Below, one piece after another: positions 57,872-64,000 of a DNA stretch of 64,000 bases (position 1 is its first letter; every line of letters begins with the position of its first letter). Both the position numbers and the translations under genes were made by a program. Where the stretch lies: assembly GCA_965218495.1 (NCBI GenBank), contig OZ244626.1:1273122-1337121 (forward strand). Reading direction: 5' to 3'. The notes beneath the pieces were generated by a model. The model was not told where the DNA came from. It saw only the letters and a list, made by a program, of their open reading frames with translations, and did not search any database. This stretch comes from Rhodothermales bacterium (GTDB taxonomy: Bacteria; Bacteroidota; Rhodothermia; Rhodothermales; Bin80).

Positions 57872-58954
57872 CTAAAGTGTTGCAGCCACCGTTAAGAACT
57901 GGACATCGTCAAAGTAGTCCGTAGGCGCCATCGCGTAGTCTATACTCACCTGCGTACCGCTGACATCGATGTTAAGCCCTGCCCCAAACGTGTATCCTTT
58001 CCACATCGAGACCTCGGCATTCTCCACGTATTCGTAGCCTCCACGCACGAACAGGATGTTGCGTAGCCCAAGCTCCATCCCGCCACTAAACTGGTCCTGG
58101 TCGAAGCTATTCGACCGGAAGTTTCCTAGCACGGTCAGAGTCGCACTACCAGCCACCTGACGGGTGTAAGCCATGCCGAAATTCAGCAGCGTGGGGTACT
58201 CGCTAGCCTCTGCCTCGATGTTCACAGCGTTGGCATTGGCATTCCCCGGCTGGGACGGCAATTGTACGCGCTTCGTAAGTCCTGTGCCGCCGAACTGGAG
58301 CTCGTTGCCGATATTCTTTAGCGCTACACCGATCCGCAAGCCAGACTCGCCGACCGCATACGTCATTCCAGCGTCAAACACGATGCCCGACGCCGATACG
58401 TCGTCAATCGTCTCACTGACAATCTTAACGGTTGCACCAGCAGCGATGCGATCTGTGAGAACGCGGGCATACGTGAGGCCGACCGATGCAAACGACACAT
58501 TAAAAGTCACATCCGACTTCTCAGGTGCAGACTCGCTCTGTCTTGCTATGTCCCCTAAGTCCCACGCCGCAACAGTCACCGCGAGGTGATTGTCACTGCC
58601 TATGCGCTGACCAAAGCCAAAGTAGTTGACTCCAACGTCGGCCACATAATTCATTCGGCTGAACAGCGCGGTCGTTCCCGTATTGTTTACGAGTCCGGCT
58701 GGGTTGGCATACAGGGCCTCGATACCGTTCATATCTGGCAAGGCGCTTGTGGTTGTCGCCCCCAAAGACACGTACCGCGCGGTGAGCGGTACCAGTAACT
58801 CAACAGCGCCGGACGTTCCGACGCGGTTTTGGTCCGGCTTGTCTGTTCCACCGCCTTCTTGAGCCCATGCGCTATGCGTCGTGCCAGCAATCAAAAGCAT
58901 GAGCAGCACGGTGCAAAAGCTCACTCGGCGGCCTGCAGAGGTTAGAGTTTTCAT
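57872..58954 (-). CDS. PorV/PorQ-like outer-membrane beta-barrel protein
   Basis: 360 aa with a signal peptide, then GTSGAVELLVPLTARYVSLGATTTSALPDMNGIEALYANPAGL (the PorV-family N-terminal pattern as remembered). Alternating beta-strand pattern to the C-terminus. Confidence 0.65.
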   Translation of the reverse strand: MKTLTSAGRRVSFCTVLLMLLIAGTTHSAWAQEGGGTDKPDQNRVGTSGAVELLVPLTARYVSLGATTTSALPDMNGIEALYANPAGLVNNTGTTALFSRMNYVADVGVNYFGFGQRIGSDNHLAVTVAAWDLGDIARQSESAPEKSDVTFNVSFASVGLTYARVLTDRIAAGATVKIVSETIDDVSASGIVFDAGMTYAVGESGLRIGVALKNIGNELQFGGTGLTKRVQLPSQPGNANANAVNIEAEASEYPTLLNFGMAYTRQVAGSATLTVLGNFRSNSFDQDQFSGGMELGLRNILFVRGGYEYVENAEVSMWKGYTFGAGLNIDVSGTQVSIDYAMAPTDYFDDVQFLTVAATL

Positions 58955-59004
58955 TGGGTTAGTCCCTTTTTTGCTAGAAATACGTTGTTGAAGGGCAGCG
59001 TAGA

Positions 59005-59030
59005 GCGGGTCCCCGTCACCGGGGACCCGC
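59005..59030. other. GC-rich intergenic hairpin between the 1156-aa gene and the PorV-like gene
   Basis: GCGGGTCCCCG-TCAC-CGGGGACCCGC (11-bp stem, 4-nt loop). The T-tract is on the plus-strand side only (CTTTTA), so its role as a terminator for the minus-strand operon is doubtful. Confidence 0.35.
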
Positions 59031-59039
59031 CTTTTACCG

Positions 59040-62000
59040 CTAGTACGTGTTCAGCTGAATACGCTTCTTGATGACAGCAAACTTCATCGTCGTTTCGCCT
59101 ACGTCAGGCACAGTGATGTGAATCAGGTAGAGTCCGCTGGCAATGGGAAGGTTGTACTCCGTGACCATGTTCCAGGAAATGTTCGCTATCCCCGGCGAGT
59201 TCTTTTCAATGGTCTTCACCAGCGTTCCATTAAGGGTAAAGACCCTGATCGTCGCCACATCAGGCATGTTCGTAAACCGCACGTTGTTGGTGAGCTGGCT
59301 AACCTCGTAGTCCGACACACCCTTGTAGGGGTTCGGCACTATGCCGATGTCTTTCAGCCGTTCCCGCGCCCGGTCTCCTTCAGGCTGCGTTGCACCATAG
59401 CCCTCGGTGGAGAAGGCATACATGTCACCGGCCTGATTCTGCTTGTTTGTTACGACCCGGAAAATCGTCCCCGGCTCCGGCATATCGCGCGCATATGGAG
59501 GCGCAGTTCCCTCATTCCATGCACAAAGCACGGTACGAGCAAACACCTCCTGATAAGGGGCTAGCGCTGCATTATCGATAAGCTCCGTCCACCAGTCGTC
59601 GTGTCCTGTGGAGCCAACGCTCTGGTCTCCCGGGAGGATCCAGTAGATCCAGTCCGTAAACGGATCGTTAGCAGCGCTTGAGGCCTCGTGGTCACCTCCT
59701 ATGTCGTAGATGCCCTGCTCTGACCCACCGCCACATCCATTGGTGTCGCAGATCCAGGCCACCATCTGTATGTCGTCGCTGCGGTCACCAGGCGTATTTA
59801 TGCCGGCCCTCCAAAGCGTGAAGGGGACCTCCACGATTCCACCGTCTTCAAACGCCCGCCATGCCAGGCAGTCGCTGGCAGGATCAATAGTGCCATCCAT
59901 CTGATCTACGCATTCCTGCGTGAACCGCTGCTCATAGTCGTATGAGCCCAAAAGGGGAAGCCAGGCGCCGCCCCGTGTGGCACGCCCCAGGAATGAAGCT
60001 CCATCAGTAACGGGGCCGTAGGGCTGCGCGGCTCCGCCTGCATGATATCCCCACACCGCGCCATTCGTCTGCTGGCGATCTCTTGAGCCTACTACCAAAC
60101 CCTGCTGATCCGGGAAAGCGGCCCAGCCCCAGCCAGCATAATCCGGCGGGTCCAGCGGACCGGCCGCGTTGGCAGTCACTTGAAAATCCTTAAATCCTGC
60201 CGGCGGGCCAAACACATCGAAAGTCAAACCCTCCCCAGAATATACTGACGCCCGTAGCGGCGCCGCGAACGGAAGATCTCTGCCGTTGAATAGCGTTGTT
60301 TCGCCATCTCGCTTAATATCGTACGTGATGGCAACTGCGGCAGCATCGGCCGCCTTCGCAATTGCCTCTGGCTTCGCGGGGTCAACTACGTCGCCTTCCC
60401 CAGCAAAAGCACTGCCGGCACCCTGCTTGCCAAAATCATGTTCGTAGAATTCGACAGAATAGCCGCCATTGACCATGTTAATCGGGTTCGTAACGTGCCC
60501 AAAAAACTGGCCATCACCCAAAGCCACTACGGCGTCTCCAACGAAGTCAGGCGGTCCCTCACCGAGAAGCGCTAGCGCTGCATCGGATACATCCTTGGTA
60601 GGCTTAGCCGGAACAACCGACAAACGTGTAGACGGTCCCCGATACACCTGAGGAAATGAAGGTTCGTTGTAGGAGTACGCCTGAATGCCGAAATGGTAGG
60701 TCGTGTAGTTTGTTAGGCCTGTAACCGTGTATGAATTGCCAACGCCGGCATCGGTACCCGTAGCTGTGACCTCGGAAGGCTCACCAGGGAAACCTTCAAC
60801 TACGCGTGTCACGCCATTTACTATGTCAAACGTCTTAAGTACCCTGCCAACATCGTCTTGCACGTTGTCGAACTGGATCACGTCATACCCCTCAAACAAA
60901 TAGTCTTTGTCGTCATCAGGGGTAAAGGGATCGTCGGCGCTATAGGACTCCAAAAAGTTGTTCGACCGCGGAGAGTTTGTCCACTCCAAGATTACCGACT
61001 GGTCCGCAGGCGTCGCACTTAACTGAGGTGGAGCCGGTGGCAATGGGATCTCGAAGTTGATATCGAAGGCCGCCTGTGCCAGTTCATCGGCCTGCTTCAT
61101 CTTGGTGACAGAGTTGAAGTTGTTTTCACCCCTGGCCCAGACTATGCCGAAGACAATCTGCTGAAAGTCTCCCGGATTGATTGTAAACGGACCAGTAGAC
61201 ATAGCGAACCGGCGGTCGGCTGCCACGATGTCCGTCCCAGCGTCATCCGCGTTGCATTCTGACCAGAACTGGCAGGTTTCGTCGCTCTCACCAACATCAC
61301 CAAAAAACATGTAGTCCACAGGCGTTTGAGAGAAATCTCGCCCATCTCCTCCTAACGTCATCCTTACCCCGTCCCGCCAGCGGCCACGCATATAGTTGTA
61401 GTAATCTTCGCCGGTTTGCGGGTCCCCGGTAACGGTGCTGTTGTTGTTGTAGTACGCAAAGTGGGCCATTTCCAGATTTCTGAAATCTGGAACCTTAACG
61501 CCACTTACCTTGGCCGTATCACCAACACTCGGCACGATGGGCCCCTGGAAAAAGTCGTACCCTGCTGCCGGCACCGGGCTGCCGTATCCGCTACCGCCTT
61601 CGTCTTCGTTATCGGAGTTCCACACGAAGCCAACGCCGCGCACGGTATCAGAGCCAACCCAGTCGTCCTGGAAATTCCCCAAGTCAGGATCGGAGTAAAT
61701 TGCCATATAGGCATCCGTAAGCGGGACCTTCCCCTTATAGTATACATCATACTTGTAGAACGTCGCATTGCCGATGGGCCCGGCAGCGTTGAACGCAAAC
61801 ACCAACGCGTGAACTTCCAGTCCAACAGGAGGCGTACCGGAACTAGTATGCTCATTCCCGCGATCATTCATTATCCACCAAATTGATTGGTCACCTAGAA
61901 TCGCAGGGCGCTCGCCCGATGCCAAATCTATAACGCGCGCTGCCCGCGTTGCCAGCGGCTGGTCAATTATGGAAATAAGCTCACCGCCGTCCTCATCTAT

Positions 62001-62510
62001 CGATCCATCACCATCATCGTCAGCTCCGTTACCGGGCGCTGCATATGTTGGTGCCCCCAACCCGGTAGGCCAGTCGCGCAAGTCCGGCGGCGCAGTACCT
62101 GTGGCGTCATAGTTGTCGATATCCACTAGGCTCACGTTGTACATCCGGTCGTATTCCGCGCAGTCATCCGGCGGCTCGCCATTGTCGTCCAGCGGACCGG
62201 CCCAGAACTCATAGTTGCCGTAGCGTGCTGCAGCCATTCTTAGCTGGCCCCCTACCAACCCACCGATCCAGATGCCAGAGTTAAAAATCGCACTCGCGCC
62301 GCCTCCCTTAGGGACTTCGTACACGGCTGGCGAGCCGCGCCAGAACAGGTTGCCGTTGTTGAGTATGCGTGCCCGGACGTTGTTGATGTCCAAGTAGGAC
62401 TCGCTAAGAGGCCGGGCGCAGGTCCCGACCTGCTGGGCCTCCGCTGTTCCCACTCCAATCAACAGGAGCAGCAGAGTCGTTAGCCTGAATGCTTTTCGAG
62501 AATGTTGCAT
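59040..62510 (-). CDS. large secreted protein with T9SS-type C-terminal domain, function unknown
   Basis: 1156 aa with a signal peptide (LLLLLIGVGTAEAQQ) and an acidic DDDGDGSIDEDG stretch. The C-terminal ~90 aa (VPNPYKG...VRFTNMPDVATIRVFTLNGTLVKTIEK...ASGLYLIHITVP...KFAVIK) resemble a T9SS sorting domain. Confidence 0.75.
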   Translation of the reverse strand: MQHSRKAFRLTTLLLLLIGVGTAEAQQVGTCARPLSESYLDINNVRARILNNGNLFWRGSPAVYEVPKGGGASAIFNSGIWIGGLVGGQLRMAAARYGNYEFWAGPLDDNGEPPDDCAEYDRMYNVSLVDIDNYDATGTAPPDLRDWPTGLGAPTYAAPGNGADDDGDGSIDEDGGELISIIDQPLATRAARVIDLASGERPAILGDQSIWWIMNDRGNEHTSSGTPPVGLEVHALVFAFNAAGPIGNATFYKYDVYYKGKVPLTDAYMAIYSDPDLGNFQDDWVGSDTVRGVGFVWNSDNEDEGGSGYGSPVPAAGYDFFQGPIVPSVGDTAKVSGVKVPDFRNLEMAHFAYYNNNSTVTGDPQTGEDYYNYMRGRWRDGVRMTLGGDGRDFSQTPVDYMFFGDVGESDETCQFWSECNADDAGTDIVAADRRFAMSTGPFTINPGDFQQIVFGIVWARGENNFNSVTKMKQADELAQAAFDINFEIPLPPAPPQLSATPADQSVILEWTNSPRSNNFLESYSADDPFTPDDDKDYLFEGYDVIQFDNVQDDVGRVLKTFDIVNGVTRVVEGFPGEPSEVTATGTDAGVGNSYTVTGLTNYTTYHFGIQAYSYNEPSFPQVYRGPSTRLSVVPAKPTKDVSDAALALLGEGPPDFVGDAVVALGDGQFFGHVTNPINMVNGGYSVEFYEHDFGKQGAGSAFAGEGDVVDPAKPEAIAKAADAAAVAITYDIKRDGETTLFNGRDLPFAAPLRASVYSGEGLTFDVFGPPAGFKDFQVTANAAGPLDPPDYAGWGWAAFPDQQGLVVGSRDRQQTNGAVWGYHAGGAAQPYGPVTDGASFLGRATRGGAWLPLLGSYDYEQRFTQECVDQMDGTIDPASDCLAWRAFEDGGIVEVPFTLWRAGINTPGDRSDDIQMVAWICDTNGCGGGSEQGIYDIGGDHEASSAANDPFTDWIYWILPGDQSVGSTGHDDWWTELIDNAALAPYQEVFARTVLCAWNEGTAPPYARDMPEPGTIFRVVTNKQNQAGDMYAFSTEGYGATQPEGDRARERLKDIGIVPNPYKGVSDYEVSQLTNNVRFTNMPDVATIRVFTLNGTLVKTIEKNSPGIANISWNMVTEYNLPIASGLYLIHITVPDVGETTMKFAVIKKRIQLNTY

Positions 62511-62563
62511 TGTCTTTCCTTTTAATTTAAGAGTGCAGCGAAGTGAAGTCGGAATTGCAGTTC

Positions 62564-64000
62564 CTAGAAGTCGAATCGGATTCCCAGGCGCGTCAGACGC
62601 GGGATCCCATAGTTGCCCAAGGAGCGGTTACGATGGCGGTAAGCCACCGGATAAAACGGAGAGCTGTTACCAACTTCCTGCTGACCTTCAGCCGTGGCCA
62701 GATATCCATCGTCGCCAGGCAGTCCGGTGTAGCGCCACACGTTCTGGATGTTAACCGTGTTGAGAAGGTTCTGAATCCAGAGGAATGCCGTGACGCGGCT
62801 TCCATCGGATACGCGGAACCGGCGCTGCACACGAACATCGATCCGAGTGTTCCAAGCCATGCGGTCATTGTTGATCGCCCCGCTTGGCAGCGGCGCACGA
62901 GACACACCGACAGGGATCGGGTTTAAAATGCCAGTATACGGAAACCCGCTTCCCGCAGTCGCCAGGATGCTGAAGCCCATGTTCTGCAAGAGGTTGGTGC
63001 CAATCAGCACCGGTCCTTCGCCTTGCCCAAGCGAATAATCCACCGACATGTTAAACTTGTGACGCTGGTCAAAGTTGAGCGGGCTGATAAAGTTGGGCGG
63101 TGTTTCGTCGATCCAGACGATAGCACCCGTGGTGAGGTCCCCTGAACCAGTTCCCCTCGCAAACGACAAGGTGTAGTTGGCGTTGATCGTCACACCGGCA
63201 GTGCGCCGCAGGTCGTAGCTAAACTCGAGACCCTTCACGGTTCCGAAGTCCACGTTTTCGAAGCGGGAATAGGTGCTCGGGCTTGCCCCACGAATGTCAC
63301 GAAGTTGAACCAGGTTGTTGATCTGATGGAAAAAACCGTTGAGCGTCAGAGCCGATCGTGGCCCGACACGCTGCCGAAAACCGATCTCATACTTGGTCGT
63401 ATTCGTTGGACTCAGGCTCGGATTTGACGAACAACCAGTCGCGCCTAGGCAACGGATATCAGCATTAGCCCTGCCGGGCCGCTGGGTCACTACCCCGTAG
63501 CTCGCGAAGAAGAGAGCCTGATCCGTAATCGGGAAGCTGACACCGACCCGAGGCATGAGTGTCCAAATCGGCTTAAAGTCCTCAAACATTTTCCGGACAA
63601 CCCTGTCATCTTTAATTCGGACAAGACCGTTTAGCAGGACTTCGGCCGCTTGTACGCCCTGCCCATTGATGTCGTAGAAGTTGCCGTTAAGATCCCTGTA
63701 ACCAACCACATCGTCCCCGCTAAAGTACACGGCGTAGTCATCCTCGATGCCTGCCGGCAATGTGACCCCTGCCTCTTCGGCCCGCACAATCGGGCGCCGC
63801 GCGTATTTGTCTCTCCAGACAAGGCGGTTGTTGTCGTACACATCAAGCCGCAAGCCCAGGTTGATCACAATGTCCCTGAACTCAATCTTATCCTGCATGT
63901 ACCCGCCGAAAAGAATCGGCTTGTGCGGCGCCCGAAGGTAGCTCTCTTCGGGCTTGTCTTTGGCATTACTCAGGTAGCCATCTTCCGTAAAGTAGTGCGC
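62564..64000 (-). CDS. TonB-dependent receptor, C-terminal barrel portion (gene continues beyond the window)
   Basis: The frame is open to base 64000. Beta-barrel pattern with a terminal ...LTRLGIRFDF (aromatic C-terminal residue) and typical TBDT blocks (GLRLDVYD, FFASYG, NLLN). Confidence 0.8.
   Translation of the reverse strand, partial: AHYFTEDGYLSNAKDKPEESYLRAPHKPILFGGYMQDKIEFRDIVINLGLRLDVYDNNRLVWRDKYARRPIVRAEEAGVTLPAGIEDDYAVYFSGDDVVGYRDLNGNFYDINGQGVQAAEVLLNGLVRIKDDRVVRKMFEDFKPIWTLMPRVGVSFPITDQALFFASYGVVTQRPGRANADIRCLGATGCSSNPSLSPTNTTKYEIGFRQRVGPRSALTLNGFFHQINNLVQLRDIRGASPSTYSRFENVDFGTVKGLEFSYDLRRTAGVTINANYTLSFARGTGSGDLTTGAIVWIDETPPNFISPLNFDQRHKFNMSVDYSLGQGEGPVLIGTNLLQNMGFSILATAGSGFPYTGILNPIPVGVSRAPLPSGAINNDRMAWNTRIDVRVQRRFRVSDGSRVTAFLWIQNLLNTVNIQNVWRYTGLPGDDGYLATAEGQQEVGNSSPFYPVAYRHRNRSLGNYGIPRLTRLGIRFDF

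Overview
High-GC 64-kb window from an FCB-group bacterium (Bacteroidota/Rhodothermota-like). The taxon guess rests on several proteins ending in T9SS C-terminal sorting domains, plus a PorV-like gene and a TonB-dependent receptor. Layout: (1) 1-13.5 kb is an accessory/envelope region. It holds the edge of an IS256-like copy, a VOC-family gene killed by an ISL3 insertion with a perfect 8-bp target duplication, a Fic protein, a rhodanese and miaA. A glycan-type locus follows: Dpm1-like GT2, frameshifted fcl, intact gmd, a GT-C-like membrane protein fused to a methyltransferase, and a second methyltransferase. (2) 13.5-28.0 kb is a mobile-element graveyard nested inside one decayed IS3-family element. 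It contains an IS256-like element with two tandem transposase paralogs, two inverted IS1380-family copies bracketing an IS110-like remnant, an ISNCY-like element, an IS4-family element and three group II intron sequences. Two introns are complete but ORF-less (685 and 668 nt). Each splits a transposase gene exactly at a codon boundary, so only a spliced mRNA would encode the full-length transposase. A third, RT-encoding intron appears to have inserted into one copy of the first (a twintron) and was then truncated by the IS4 element. (3) 28.3-38.4 kb holds two paralogous ~1070-aa Asp-box/BNR proteins with T9SS sorting domains, separated by an IS21 element (istAB). (4) 38.9-57.4 kb holds ordinary chromosomal genes: NhaC-type antiporter, alanine/glycine:cation symporter, pdxA, pepA, nrnA, murF, ddl, pyrC, an OmpR/HK pair, a fused E1 alpha-beta 2-oxoacid dehydrogenase, a transsulfuration PLP enzyme and a TPR protein. 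(5) 57.9-64.0 kb holds a PorV-like barrel, a 1156-aa T9SS-type cargo protein and a TonB-dependent receptor that runs off the window. No rRNA, tRNA or CRISPR array was seen. All calls come from reading the supplied translations and sequence by eye, and family names come from remembered motifs, not searches. Because of the many near-identical repeats, the 13.5-28 kb architecture should be confirmed against long reads.
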